Positions 43,183 through 52,769 of a stretch of DNA of 64,000 nt are shown in pieces. The number at the start of each line of letters is the position of its first letter. Within the stretch, counting starts at the first letter, position 1. A program made the position numbers and the translations under genes. The notes beneath the pieces are model-generated. The model was not told where the DNA came from. It did no database searches and saw only the letters and a program-made list of their open reading frames with translations. Source of the stretch: Elusimicrobiota bacterium (GTDB lineage Bacteria > Elusimicrobiota > Elusimicrobia > UBA1565 > UBA9628); NCBI GenBank assembly GCA_016218575.1, contig JACRDN010000011.1:12209-76208 (forward strand), given 5' to 3'.

Positions 43183-44636
43183 GCCTGGACTTGTTCCTTA
43201 ATAAGGCGTTGGACCAAGGCGGGATTGGCCTTGCCCTTGGAAAGCTTCATGACCGAGCCCACGATGGCACCGATGGCCTTGTCCTTGCCGCCCTTTAAAT
43301 CCTCGGCCGCGCGGGGATTGGCCGCCAAGGCCTCGCGGACCCAAGCCCGGATCTGGCCCTCGTCAGTGACTTGGACAAGACTTAGGTCCCGGACGAGATC
43401 CTTGGGATCCCTTCCCGTTTCCCACATTTTAAGGAAAACGTCCTTGGCAAGCTTGCTCGACAAGGTCCCGTCGCCGATGAGGCCCGCGAGCTCGCCCAAA
43501 TGGCCGGCGCTGACCGGGGCTTCCTCGATCGCCTTATTTCCCGCGTTAAGCCTTCCCAAAAGGTCCGTCGTGATGAAATTGGCGATCGTCTTGGCCAGCG
43601 CCGGACTTCTTGCCTTGGCCGCGGCCTCGAAATAATCGGAAAGCTCCCGGCTGGAGGTCAGGACCTCGGCGTCATAGGGCGAAAGGCCGTACTCTTTCTC
43701 GAGGCGAGAACGCCGCGCGGCGGGCAGCTCCGGCAGCTCGGCCTTGAGCTTCTTAAGCCGCTCCGGCTCGGCCTTGAGAGCAATCAAGTCGGGATCGGGG
43801 AAGTAGCGGTAATCGTGGGCCTCCTCCTTGGAGCGCATCGAGACCGTGACCATGTTTACGGAGTCCCATAGCCGCGTCTCCTGGACCACGCGCCCGCCGG
43901 CTTCCACGAGCTCCACTTGGCGGCGGAACTCGTATTCCAATGCGTCGCGCACTCCCTTGAAGGAGTTGAGATTCTTGATCTCGGCGCGCGTGCCGAATTT
44001 CCCCTCCCCCGCCCGACGCACCGAAATATTGGCGTCGCAGCGCATCTCCCCCTTTTCCATGTCGCAGCGGGAAACCCCGGCGTACTGGATGACCTCCTTG
44101 AGGGCGGACAGGTAGGCGTAGGCCTCTTCGGAGCCTCGGATGTCGGGCTCGGAGACAATCTCGACCAGCGGGGTGCCGGCGCGGTTGAAGTCCACCAAAG
44201 AATAGTCGAGCTCCTGGGCGCCTATCGAATGGAGGAGCTTGCCCGCGTCCTCCTCCATGTGGATGCGGTGGATGCGGATCACTTTGGCGGTGCCGTCCTT
44301 GAGCTTAATCTCGAGGCTTCCGTCCCTGGAGAAAGGTTCCTCGTATTGGGAAATTTGGTAGGCCTTGGGCAGATCGGGGTAGAAGTAGTTCTTCCTCGCG
44401 AAGATCGAGCTTTCCGCCAAGCGACAGCCCAAGGCCAGGGCGCCCTGGAAGGCCAGCTCCACCGCCCTGCGGTTGAGCACGGGAAGCACCCCCGGCTGGC
44501 CCGTGCACACGGGGCAGACCCGGCTATTGGCCGCGGCCCCGAAGCCGTCGGTCGAGCAGGCGCAGAACAGCTTGGTCTTGGTGGCGACTTGGCAATGAAC
44601 CTCGAGGCCCACCACCATCTCATATAGGTCGTTCAT
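43179..44636 (-). CDS. gatB: Asp-tRNA(Asn)/Glu-tRNA(Gln) amidotransferase subunit B
   Basis: Track ORF trimmed to ATG 44636 (ATGA overlap). YEMVVGLEVHCQVATKTKLFC, CPVCTGQPGVLPVLN, RCDANISVR. Confidence 0.95.
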   Translation of the reverse strand: MNDLYEMVVGLEVHCQVATKTKLFCACSTDGFGAAANSRVCPVCTGQPGVLPVLNRRAVELAFQGALALGCRLAESSIFARKNYFYPDLPKAYQISQYEEPFSRDGSLEIKLKDGTAKVIRIHRIHMEEDAGKLLHSIGAQELDYSLVDFNRAGTPLVEIVSEPDIRGSEEAYAYLSALKEVIQYAGVSRCDMEKGEMRCDANISVRRAGEGKFGTRAEIKNLNSFKGVRDALEYEFRRQVELVEAGGRVVQETRLWDSVNMVTVSMRSKEEAHDYRYFPDPDLIALKAEPERLKKLKAELPELPAARRSRLEKEYGLSPYDAEVLTSSRELSDYFEAAAKARSPALAKTIANFITTDLLGRLNAGNKAIEEAPVSAGHLGELAGLIGDGTLSSKLAKDVFLKMWETGRDPKDLVRDLSLVQVTDEGQIRAWVREALAANPRAAEDLKGGKDKAIGAIVGSVMKLSKGKANPALVQRLIKEQVQA

Positions 44637-45067
44637 GCATCCCCTCCCGGTGCCAGGCACCCTCCGGGAGCCAGGCACCGCTCCAAAAGATCCAAATCGC
44701 TGGGATAGCGCAGGAGCCTCCGGCTGGCCTCCAAACCCGCCCAGCGCGCGGCTAGTATCTCCTCGGCGTCGGGCAGGCCCACGCGCTCCAAGGGCTCCAT
44801 CCAATACCACTTCACGCGCTTGGCGACGAGCTGTCCCTTCCGGCGGAAATGGTAGCGCGCGGTCATGAGGGGCTTGAGTATACGGCAGCGCCAGCCGGTC
44901 TCCTCCTCCACCTCGCGCAGGGCCGCGGCCCGGGATTTTTCCCCTTTCTCCAGATGCCCCTTGGGAAAAGTCCAAACCTTTTTCCCGCTCAAGTTGCAGA
45001 CCCGCACGAGCAAAAGCCGGCCCTCTCGGCTGACCAGCCCTCCGGCCGAATATTCCCTAACGTTCAT
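44633..45067 (-). CDS. NUDIX hydrolase
   Basis: 144 aa. WTFPKGHLEKGEKSRAAALREVEEETGW is a Nudix box (GX5EX7REUXEEXGU). Confidence 0.85.
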   Translation of the reverse strand: MNVREYSAGGLVSREGRLLLVRVCNLSGKKVWTFPKGHLEKGEKSRAAALREVEEETGWRCRILKPLMTARYHFRRKGQLVAKRVKWYWMEPLERVGLPDAEEILAARWAGLEASRRLLRYPSDLDLLERCLAPGGCLAPGGDA

Positions 45068-46518
45068 AACTTCAATCTAGGGAAAGGCCTGGACCTCTCG
45101 CAGGCCGAGGCCGCGCGCAGAAGCAGCCCCTCCTTGAAGGGGGGCGCTATGAGCTGGAGTCCGATGGGAAGCCCCGCGCGGGTCAGCCCGCAGGGAATGG
45201 AAACGCTGGAGTTGCCGGCCATGTTGGACGGGATGGTGAAGATGTCCGAGAGGTACATGGCCAAGGGGTCGTTGGACTTCTCCCCGAACTTGAACGCCGC
45301 GCTGGGGGCAGTGGGCGTAACGAGGAGATCGACCTCCTTGAAGGCCTCATCGAAATCGTTCTTGATCAAGGTCCGGACGCGCTGAGCCTTGCCGTAGTAG
45401 GCCTCGTAATACCCGGAGCTCAAGGCGTAGGTGCCGAGCATGATGCGCCGCTTGACCTCGGGGCCGAAACCCTCGCCGCGCGTGCGCTCGTAAAGCTCCT
45501 CTAGAGCCGCCGCCTCGCGGCAGCTGTGGCCGTAGCGGATTCCGTCGAAGCGGGCGAGGTTCGAGCTGGCCTCCGAGGGCGCGATGATGTAGTAGGTGCT
45601 CACAGCGCAGGAGGTGTGCGGCAGGGAAACCTCGGACACCTTGGCTCCCAGGCCCTCCAGGGCCTTCACCGCCTCCTCAACCGAGCGCTCCACCTCTGGA
45701 TCCATGCCCGCGATGAAGTACTCCTTGGGAAGCCCCAGGCGAAGTCCGGATATATCTCCTTCCCGCCCCCTCAGGGCTTCCTCGGGGGCCAGGCGAGCCG
45801 AGGTGCTGTCCTTGGGGTCGTGCCCGCCGATCACGGACAGGGCCAGGGCCGCGTCCTCGATCGTGCGCGAGAGCGGCCCGATCTGGTCCAAGGAGGAAGC
45901 GAAGGCCACCAGACCGTAGCGCGACACCAGGCCGTAGGTGGGCTTAAGACCCACCACGCCGCAGAAGGAGGCGGGTTGGCGGATCGATCCGCCCGTGTCC
46001 GACCCCAAGGCCAAGGGGCAGACCGAGGCTGCCACGGCAGCGGCCGAGCCGCCGGAGGAGCCTCCCGGCACGCAATCCGTGTTCCAGGGGTTGGCGGTCT
46101 TGAAGAAAGCCGAGTTCTCGGTGGAAGAGCCCATGGCGAACTCGTCGAGATTGGTCTTTCCCAATAGCACGGCGTCGGCCCGGCGCAGGCGCGACACCAC
46201 GGTCGCATCGTAGGGAGAAATGTATCCTTTGAGTATCTTCGAGGAGCAGGTGGTCTGCACCCCCTCGACCATGATGTTGTCCTTCAAAGCCACCGGAACG
46301 CCGGCCAAGGACCCCAACGCCCGCCCGGCGGAACGCTTCTCATCCACGGCCTTGGCCTGCGCCAAGGCCTTCTCCTCCAGCACGGTCACGAAAGCCTTGA
46401 GCTTGGGCTCGACGGCCTTAAGGCGCTCAAGGCATCGCCGCAAGACTTCCTCGGCGCTGAACAGCCCCTCCTTCACTCCCCGAGCGATCTCGACGGCCGT
46501 CAATTCGATCAGTTCCAT
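45064..46518 (-). CDS. gatA: Asp-tRNA(Asn)/Glu-tRNA(Gln) amidotransferase subunit A
   Basis: 484 aa. Amidase signature GGSSGGSAAAVAA...GSDTGGSIRQPASFCG. Confidence 0.95.
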   Translation of the reverse strand: MELIELTAVEIARGVKEGLFSAEEVLRRCLERLKAVEPKLKAFVTVLEEKALAQAKAVDEKRSAGRALGSLAGVPVALKDNIMVEGVQTTCSSKILKGYISPYDATVVSRLRRADAVLLGKTNLDEFAMGSSTENSAFFKTANPWNTDCVPGGSSGGSAAAVAASVCPLALGSDTGGSIRQPASFCGVVGLKPTYGLVSRYGLVAFASSLDQIGPLSRTIEDAALALSVIGGHDPKDSTSARLAPEEALRGREGDISGLRLGLPKEYFIAGMDPEVERSVEEAVKALEGLGAKVSEVSLPHTSCAVSTYYIIAPSEASSNLARFDGIRYGHSCREAAALEELYERTRGEGFGPEVKRRIMLGTYALSSGYYEAYYGKAQRVRTLIKNDFDEAFKEVDLLVTPTAPSAAFKFGEKSNDPLAMYLSDIFTIPSNMAGNSSVSIPCGLTRAGLPIGLQLIAPPFKEGLLLRAASACERSRPFPRLKL

Positions 46519-47570
46519 TATTGTATGAACATCGAATCGTCCTGCGGCGCGGCAGCGCCGCTGTCCCCTGCCGCATCTAGGGCGGCAGGAACCGTCCGGG
46601 GGGTATCACTTCCTTTCCGGACAGACTGAGGTCCTTCAGGAGCTGCGGCCTGAATTCTGTCTATCGCCGCCTGGATCTTGTCGGCCTTGCCCGGCTCGAG
46701 CTCCAGAGCTCTTCTCAAATCCTTCAAAGCACCCTCCCGGTCTCCCAGCAAGGCCAAGGCCTGGCCGCGGTTGGAGTAGGCCAGGCCCCGGCGGGGATTG
46801 AGCTCAAGGACCTCGCTCAAGTCCTCCACGGCGCCGGTGTAATTGCCCTGCAGGAAGCGGACGTTGCCTCGCAAGTAAAGGGCTTCCTCGCGCCTGGGGT
46901 AGGCCTTGAGAAAAGCGCTCAGGTCCCCCTCCGCGCCGCGATAATCCTTGAGCTCCCGGGAGGCGCGGCCGCGGTAGAACAAAGCCCAGGCGAACTTGGA
47001 ACTCAAGCGCAGGACCTCGGCATAATCCTCGACCGCGCCCGAAAAATCCTGGAGCCTCTCCTTGGCGGCGCCACGCACGAGAAAAGCCGTGGCGAAGTCG
47101 GCTTGAAGCCCCACGGCCCGGTCGAGGGCCGCCAGGCTTTCCCGCGCCTTGCCCTGGGAGCTCAAGGCGCTGCCGAGGCCGAAGTGAGCCTCGGCCGAGG
47201 CCGAGTCCAATGCCAGGGCCTGCTTGAAATCCCGCTCCGCCTTGTCGTGCCGACGCAGGACTAGGAAAGCCTTGCCGCGGGCCACGTAGGACTCCGCGCT
47301 GTTGGGCTTGAGCCCCGCCGCGAGCTCCGCGTCTTGTCCGGCGCCGGCCGCGTCCCCCAAGGTCCAGCGGCAAAGGGCCCGGTGGCCCGCGGCCGTTTTC
47401 CAGCCGGGAAAAAGCTCCAGGGCCTCGTCGAAGCGGCCCAGAGCCTTCTCAAGATCGGCCCTCTCGTAGAGCGAAATAGCCGCGCGCAAGACCTTCTGGG
47501 CCTTGGCGCCAGGCGCCGCCCCAGCGCAAGGCCCCGGCAACAGGACAAGGACAAGCGCAAGGAACTTCAC
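46518..47570 (-). CDS. Secreted TPR-repeat protein
   Basis: GTG start (GTGA overlap with the gatC stop). Signal peptide KFLALVLVLLPGPCAGAA. At least 7 TPR-like units (AxxxxGxAxxxLxxxxxAxxDFxxAL). Confidence 0.7.
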   Translation of the reverse strand: MKFLALVLVLLPGPCAGAAPGAKAQKVLRAAISLYERADLEKALGRFDEALELFPGWKTAAGHRALCRWTLGDAAGAGQDAELAAGLKPNSAESYVARGKAFLVLRRHDKAERDFKQALALDSASAEAHFGLGSALSSQGKARESLAALDRAVGLQADFATAFLVRGAAKERLQDFSGAVEDYAEVLRLSSKFAWALFYRGRASRELKDYRGAEGDLSAFLKAYPRREEALYLRGNVRFLQGNYTGAVEDLSEVLELNPRRGLAYSNRGQALALLGDREGALKDLRRALELEPGKADKIQAAIDRIQAAAPEGPQSVRKGSDTPRTVPAALDAAGDSGAAAPQDDSMFIQ

Positions 47571-47854
47571 TCGATCACCTTCCTGACCTTGAAGAAAGAC
47601 CCTTCCCTGTCGGGCGCGTTGCCGATGAGGGCCGAGGCGTTGGCGAAGGGCTCGGGAAAGTCCTCGCGCGTCGCGTCCGTTTGGCCCAGGACCGAGGCGG
47701 TGGGCGGCACCTTGGAGGTATCGAGGCGCGAGAGCTCGGCCATGGAGTCGAGGATCTTGCCGAGCTGGGCCTGATAGAGGCCGACTTCATCGGAAGTCAG
47801 CCTCAGGCGCGCAAGCTTGGCGATCTTTCGCACGTCGTCTTGAGTGATGGCCAT
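47567..47854 (-). CDS. gatC: Asp-tRNA(Asn)/Glu-tRNA(Gln) amidotransferase subunit C
   Basis: Start trimmed to ATG 47854 (GGAG 7 nt upstream). MAITQDDVRKIAKLARLRLTSDEV...LDT. 95 aa. Confidence 0.9.
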   Translation of the reverse strand: MAITQDDVRKIAKLARLRLTSDEVGLYQAQLGKILDSMAELSRLDTSKVPPTASVLGQTDATREDFPEPFANASALIGNAPDREGSFFKVRKVIE

Positions 47855-47857
47855 GTC

Positions 47858-48006
47858 AGTGCTCCGACCGACCTTGGGAGGCCCGGCTTTGACAGCCCGC
47901 GGCGTCGCAGTTATCCACAAAACTTCGCTGGAAATTTTTGTGGATAACTGGCATCCAACTCAAATCTGGGCCCCCCAAAAGGCGATTATAGGTCGGTCGG
48001 AGCACT
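47858..48006. repeat. Nested inverted-repeat element: perfect 17-bp arms enclosing palindrome copy C
   Basis: AGTGCTCCGACCGACCT (47858-47874) is the exact reverse complement of AGGTCGGTCGGAGCACT (47990-48006). Palindrome C (GTTATCCACAAAACTTCGCTGGAAATTTTTGTGGATAAC) lies at 47910-47948. Confidence 0.9.
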
Positions 48007-50212
48007 AGGCCGCCTCCAAGGGCGCGTAGCGTAAAAGGAGCTTGGCGGTGCGTCCGCTGTCGAAGGAGACGGTCACCTTCAAGGTTTCCCCCGAGCCCGA
48101 CTTGTCAAGCACCTGGCCCAAGCCGAAATCGGGATGGCGCACGCGCATGCCCACCCGGACCTGGTTCAAGCGCCGGGCCGATACTCCCGCCGTCACATCC
48201 ACGGGACCCAACGGATTTCCTGAAGGGTCCCAGGACCGCGCTGCTCCCGCAGCGTAGGCTCGCTCGGGCACCGAACCCAAAAGCTCGGCTTCCAATATGA
48301 AGCGCGAGGGAAGATTGGCGTAGACTTGCCCGAAAATCCTCCGGGTCGCGGCGTGGGTGAGGATCAAATTCTCGCGCGCCCGGGTCATGCCCACGTAGCA
48401 GAGGCGCCGCTCCTCCTCGAGTTCCTCTTGGGAGGAGTTCCCCGCCCCGATCGGGAACAGCCCCTCCTCGAGGCCGGTCAGGAAAACCGTGGGAAACTCG
48501 AGGCCCTTGGCCAGGTGCACCGTCATCAAGGTGACGCAGGGCTGCTGGGGGTCGTAGCTGTCGAGGTCGGTCTGCAGGGCCACAGCCTCCAAATAGCGCC
48601 CCAAGGTCAGGACCTCCCCCTGGGACTTGGCCTTTTCCTCGACCTCCTTCATGGCGTTCAAAAGCTCCTGGAGGTTGTCCAGGCGCGAGGCGGCCTCGGG
48701 GTCGGTTTCCACCTCCGACTCGAGCCACCTCCAGTACCCCGAGCGGTCCAAGAGGCGGGCCATGGCCGCGGCCGCGGGAAGCTCCAAGACCTGGGAGCGC
48801 AGCTCCTCCAGGACCTGCAATATCTCGGTCAGGGCCCTGCGGCAGGCCGGGGTAAGCCCCGCTATCTTCTCCTGCTCCTTGAAAACCGCGAGGAGGGTGA
48901 GTCCGGCCGCGTCCGCGTGGCGGGAGATTTTCTCTAGGCTGGTCTTTCCGATGCCGCGCGGGGGCACGTTGATTATCCGCGACAAGCTCGTCGAGTCCGC
49001 TAGATTCAGGATGATCCGGGCGTAGGCCAGGGCGTCCTTGATTTCCTTTCTCTCGTAGAAGCGCATGGCCCCCACGATGCGGTAGGGGGTCCCCGCCCGG
49101 CGCAGGGCCTCCTCGAAGGAGCGGCTCTGGGCGTTTGTGCGGTAGAAAATCGCGATGTCCTTGAGCGAGGCCCCGCATGCCACGACGGACTGCAGGGAGC
49201 GCGACACCCAGGCCGCCTCCTCCATTTCGTTGGGAAGCTCGCGGACGCGCACGGACTCTCCCGGCCCCTTCTCGGTCCAGAGGGTCTTGAGCTTGCGCGC
49301 GCGGTTGCGGCTGATGACCCGGCTGGCCGCATCCAGTATCTTGGAGGTCGAGCGGTAGTTCTGCTCGAGAGTCACCGTCTTGACTTGCTTGAAATCCTTT
49401 TCGAACTCGAGTATGTTGCGGATGTTGGCTCCTCGCCATGAATACACGCTTTGATCGTCATCTCCCACAACGCAAATATTGCGGTGCTTGGCCGCCAAGG
49501 TCTTGGTGAGCACGTACTGGGCGTGGTTGGTGTCCTGGTACTCATCCACCAGAAGGTGCAGGAAGTACTCTTGGTAATATTCCCGGATGGACTGGTGCTC
49601 CTTGAGGAGGACGCAGGTCTTGAGAAGAAGGTCCCCGAAGTCCAGGGCTCCGGCCTGGTCGAGCTTCCTCTGATAGACGAGGTAGATGCGCGCCGCGGTC
49701 TCGCGCGAGGCGTCGGTCGCGGTGGCTGCGTAAATCGCGTAAGACTGAGCATCGAGCAAGTCGTCCTTGGCCCGGGAGATCAGGCTCACGTACATGGAGG
49801 CCTTGTTGGCCTGCTCCTCCAAGCCCAATTCCCGCATGGAGTCCACCACGAGCTTCTTCTGGTCCGATTGATCGTAAATGGTGAAGTAGGGGTTGAGGTT
49901 CAAAAGCTTGTGGTGCTGGCGGATGAGGCGGCTGGCGAAGGCGTGGAAGGTGTGGGCCCATACCTTGGCCCCGTGTCCCGGAGACAGCTCCTCGATGCGC
50001 CGGCGCATCTCCTCGGCAGCCTTGTTGGTGAAGGTGACGGCCAAAATCCGCTCCGCCGGCACTCCTTGGGAGATCAGATGAGCGATCCGGTAGGTGATGA
50101 CGCGGGTTTTTCCGGTGCCAGCACCCGCCAGCACCAAAAGCGGGCCTCCTGTGTAGAGGACTCCCTCTTTCTGCTCGGGATTAAGACGGTCCAACTCGAG
50201 ACTCACGCCCAT
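48005..50212 (-). CDS. pcrA: ATP-dependent DNA helicase PcrA/UvrD (SF1)
   Basis: 735 aa. LNPEQKEGV, AGAGTGKTRV (Walker A), TFTNKAA, LLVDEYQDTN, VGDDDQSVYSWRGA, TVHLAKGLEF. Confidence 0.9.
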   Translation of the reverse strand: MGVSLELDRLNPEQKEGVLYTGGPLLVLAGAGTGKTRVITYRIAHLISQGVPAERILAVTFTNKAAEEMRRRIEELSPGHGAKVWAHTFHAFASRLIRQHHKLLNLNPYFTIYDQSDQKKLVVDSMRELGLEEQANKASMYVSLISRAKDDLLDAQSYAIYAATATDASRETAARIYLVYQRKLDQAGALDFGDLLLKTCVLLKEHQSIREYYQEYFLHLLVDEYQDTNHAQYVLTKTLAAKHRNICVVGDDDQSVYSWRGANIRNILEFEKDFKQVKTVTLEQNYRSTSKILDAASRVISRNRARKLKTLWTEKGPGESVRVRELPNEMEEAAWVSRSLQSVVACGASLKDIAIFYRTNAQSRSFEEALRRAGTPYRIVGAMRFYERKEIKDALAYARIILNLADSTSLSRIINVPPRGIGKTSLEKISRHADAAGLTLLAVFKEQEKIAGLTPACRRALTEILQVLEELRSQVLELPAAAAMARLLDRSGYWRWLESEVETDPEAASRLDNLQELLNAMKEVEEKAKSQGEVLTLGRYLEAVALQTDLDSYDPQQPCVTLMTVHLAKGLEFPTVFLTGLEEGLFPIGAGNSSQEELEEERRLCYVGMTRARENLILTHAATRRIFGQVYANLPSRFILEAELLGSVPERAYAAGAARSWDPSGNPLGPVDVTAGVSARRLNQVRVGMRVRHPDFGLGQVLDKSGSGETLKVTVSFDSGRTAKLLLRYAPLEAA

Positions 50213-50239
50213 ACCTAATCCTTATCTTGGAAAGGTGCC

Positions 50240-51523
50240 ATGATGTCGTGTTATTTTATAATATTCAGGCCTGTGGCTCTCCACCGTAAAATCCTGATCG
50301 GCTTCGGCGTCGGCGCCGCCCTGGGCTTGTGCCTCCACGCCGTCTTCCCATCGTCTCCTCCCTTTCTTTCCGCCTTCCTCGATTACGCCGCCGAGCCCGC
50401 CGGCCGGCTGTTCCTGCGCCTGCTCCTCATGGCGGTGCTCCCCCTAGTCGTCAGCTCCTTGATACTGGGAGTGGCCGAGATGGGAGGCGCGGCCAAGCTA
50501 GGCCGGGTGGCGCTTAAAACCTTGGGCTTCACTTTGGCCGCGACCTCTCTTTCCGTCCTCACTGGCCTGGCCTTCGTCCGCGCCCTGAAGCCCGGGCAGG
50601 GATTCCCGATGGCGGTCCGGGAAGAAATCATGCGACGGGGCAAGCTCCCGGCTCCCGCGGCGGCGGAAGGCGGCGCCGTCTCGCGCCTCTTGGCCCTCAT
50701 CCCGGACAATCCGGTCAAGGCGGCCGCCTCGGGAGATTTTCTGGGCGTCATGTTCTTCGCCCTGTTATTCGGGGTGGGAGTGACCAGGGCCGACCCCGAG
50801 AAAACCGGGCCGCTCCTGCGCTGGCTCGAGGCCGTGTACGAGGCGGCGATGGGCTTCATATCGCTCGTGATGCGCTTGGCCCCCGTGGGCGTGGGCGCGC
50901 TCGTTCTCAACCTCACGGCCCGGCACGGCTACGACCTGCTTAAGCACCTCTTCGGATACGCGGCCGTGGTGGTGGGGGCCCTGGCCTTCCACCAATTCGT
51001 CACCTATTCGATCTTGGCCAAGACCTTGGGAGGGATGTCCCCCAGGCTTTTCTTTTCCCGCATCCAGGACGCGATGCTGACGGCCTTCGGCACGAGCTCC
51101 TCCTCGGCGACCTTGCCGGTGTCCATGCGCGTGGGAGAGCGCGACCTCGGGCTGCCGCGCGACATCAGCCGCTTCGTTTTGACCGTGGGGGCCAGCGCCA
51201 ATCAGAACGGCACGGCGCTCTACGAAGGGGTCACGGCTCTATTTTTGGCCCAGTGCTTCGGGGTCGAGTTGACTCTTTGCCAGCAGGGCACGGTGCTAGC
51301 CATGGCGATCTTGGGCGGGGTGGGAACGGCGGGGGTGCCGGGCGGATCGCTCCCGATGCTGATGGCGATCCTCGCCTCCATCGGAGTTCCCCCGGAAGGG
51401 GCCCTTCTCATCCTGGGCGTGGACCGATTCCTGGACATGTGCCGGACCGTTCTTAACGTCTCGGGAGATCTCCTGATCGCCATGCTCGTGGCGCGCTCAG
51501 AGAGCGCGGAAGCCCGGAGCTGA
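50240..51523 (+). CDS. Dicarboxylate/amino acid:cation symporter (DAACS/GltP family)
   Basis: GTSSSSATLPV signature and multiple TM segments. The true start may be the in-frame GTG at 50273 (VALHRKILIGFG), because a TATAAT at 50257-50262 lies inside the longer ORF. Confidence 0.85.
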   Translation: MMSCYFIIFRPVALHRKILIGFGVGAALGLCLHAVFPSSPPFLSAFLDYAAEPAGRLFLRLLLMAVLPLVVSSLILGVAEMGGAAKLGRVALKTLGFTLAATSLSVLTGLAFVRALKPGQGFPMAVREEIMRRGKLPAPAAAEGGAVSRLLALIPDNPVKAAASGDFLGVMFFALLFGVGVTRADPEKTGPLLRWLEAVYEAAMGFISLVMRLAPVGVGALVLNLTARHGYDLLKHLFGYAAVVVGALAFHQFVTYSILAKTLGGMSPRLFFSRIQDAMLTAFGTSSSSATLPVSMRVGERDLGLPRDISRFVLTVGASANQNGTALYEGVTALFLAQCFGVELTLCQQGTVLAMAILGGVGTAGVPGGSLPMLMAILASIGVPPEGALLILGVDRFLDMCRTVLNVSGDLLIAMLVARSESAEARS

Positions 51524-52769
51524 TCGTAACCTTCTTGCCGACGGGCACCAGGTAATCGGGAACGGGATAATTGTCGAGGACGTGGAGCTCCTTGAAATCC
51601 ACCGTCTTGGCCGAGAGCGCGGGACGGCCCGCCTCGGCGTAAGCCGAGACCCATATCCGGGCCAGAAGTACCGCGGCCTGGCCCATCCGACGCTGGGCCG
51701 TCTGCATGACCGTCCGTCCCGCGCCGGGGCCGCCCTCCAGGAGGGCCGCGGCGAAGGCCTCGGCCACCGCCGCGGGAACCTTGGGCCCGGAGCGGCGGCC
51801 TCCGGATTTTTCGCCGGCGGCGCAATAGAGTTCGCCATTCGAGCTCTCCTGGGCTCGGGCGCATTCCCGGGCGAAGGAGGCGAGCAAGGGCTCTATCTCG
51901 GGATAGCCGCTTTCCACGAGAGCCATGATCTCTGCGATGACATCCTTTCTTCTTAAGGACAAGAGGCCTTGACTCCCCAAGGCGGCCTTGGTGGCCGCCA
52001 AAGTCGCCGAATGAGTGGCGTCCAGGCGCCAAAGCAAGGTCTCGCCGTCTCGGGCCTTATTGCGCCCGCCGAGCAAAGCGAAGGCGGCGTTCTCCAATAT
52101 CTTCTCCTCGAAAATGGAGTGGATTCCCGCGGCGGGGCGGTGGTAATGCTCGCCGTTGTAATCGAGGGTGGTGTGGAAGGGCTGGGCCATGTCTCCCACG
52201 TAATGGCCGAGAGCCCCCAGGTACAGAATGGCCTTGGCGGAATCCCCTCCCCTCAGCGAAGCCACCGCCAGGTCGTAAAGCTGGAGAATCCTCCAGGGCG
52301 CGGTCCCATGGGCCTGCGCCTCGAGAGGCTTGCCGGGATCGAGCTGCCGCACGAAATCGCCGTGCGCCTTGAGCTTTTCCTGGTACAGCTCGTAAGCCGC
52401 CTGATAATTCTCTCCCGAGGGCAAATCCTTGAAGGCCGCCGGCCCGGCTGTTGGGTCGATGAAAGCGTCGGCCTCGAAGAAATGCAGGGGATGCTCGTGC
52501 CGGTTGGCCTGGCGTTTAGCCTCGAGCTCCTCTGGGGAAAGCTTCTTGAGGCTGCCCAGCATCTTCCAGTCCATGTCCGGGGTCACGGCCAGGCGCTTGA
52601 GCGCGTCCTTGTTGATCCTCATGAAGGATTGGAAGGAGTCAACGGAATCTTCCATCAGGTCGGCCGCGCAGGCGTTGACCTCCTGGTGCCCGTACTGCCC
52701 CCAGCCCAAGGCCTGCCTCAAGGGAAGCCCCATGAGCAACGCCGCGGCCGCCAATCTTGTGGTCTTCAT
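51453..52769 (-). CDS. Secreted S1/P1 nuclease / zinc phospholipase C superfamily protein
   Basis: Start trimmed to ATG 52769. Signal peptide MKTTRLAAAALLMGLPLRQALG, then WGQYGHQ (N-terminal Trp zinc ligand, as in P1 nuclease WGALGH). LGHYVGDMAQPFHTT resembles the H.vGDi.QPLH block. Confidence 0.65.
   Translation of the reverse strand: MKTTRLAAAALLMGLPLRQALGWGQYGHQEVNACAADLMEDSVDSFQSFMRINKDALKRLAVTPDMDWKMLGSLKKLSPEELEAKRQANRHEHPLHFFEADAFIDPTAGPAAFKDLPSGENYQAAYELYQEKLKAHGDFVRQLDPGKPLEAQAHGTAPWRILQLYDLAVASLRGGDSAKAILYLGALGHYVGDMAQPFHTTLDYNGEHYHRPAAGIHSIFEEKILENAAFALLGGRNKARDGETLLWRLDATHSATLAATKAALGSQGLLSLRRKDVIAEIMALVESGYPEIEPLLASFARECARAQESSNGELYCAAGEKSGGRRSGPKVPAAVAEAFAAALLEGGPGAGRTVMQTAQRRMGQAAVLLARIWVSAYAEAGRPALSAKTVDFKELHVLDNYPVPDYLVPVGKKVTISSGLPRSLSAPRAWRSGDLPRR

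Noticed and set aside
47984-47989. TATAAT (minus strand) between the arms of the 17-bp inverted repeat, read as an internal promoter for gatC
   Set aside because: There is no acceptable -35 or TGn extension at the right spacing; the nearest TTGGAG is 23 nt away. It remains only a weak possibility and is not annotated.
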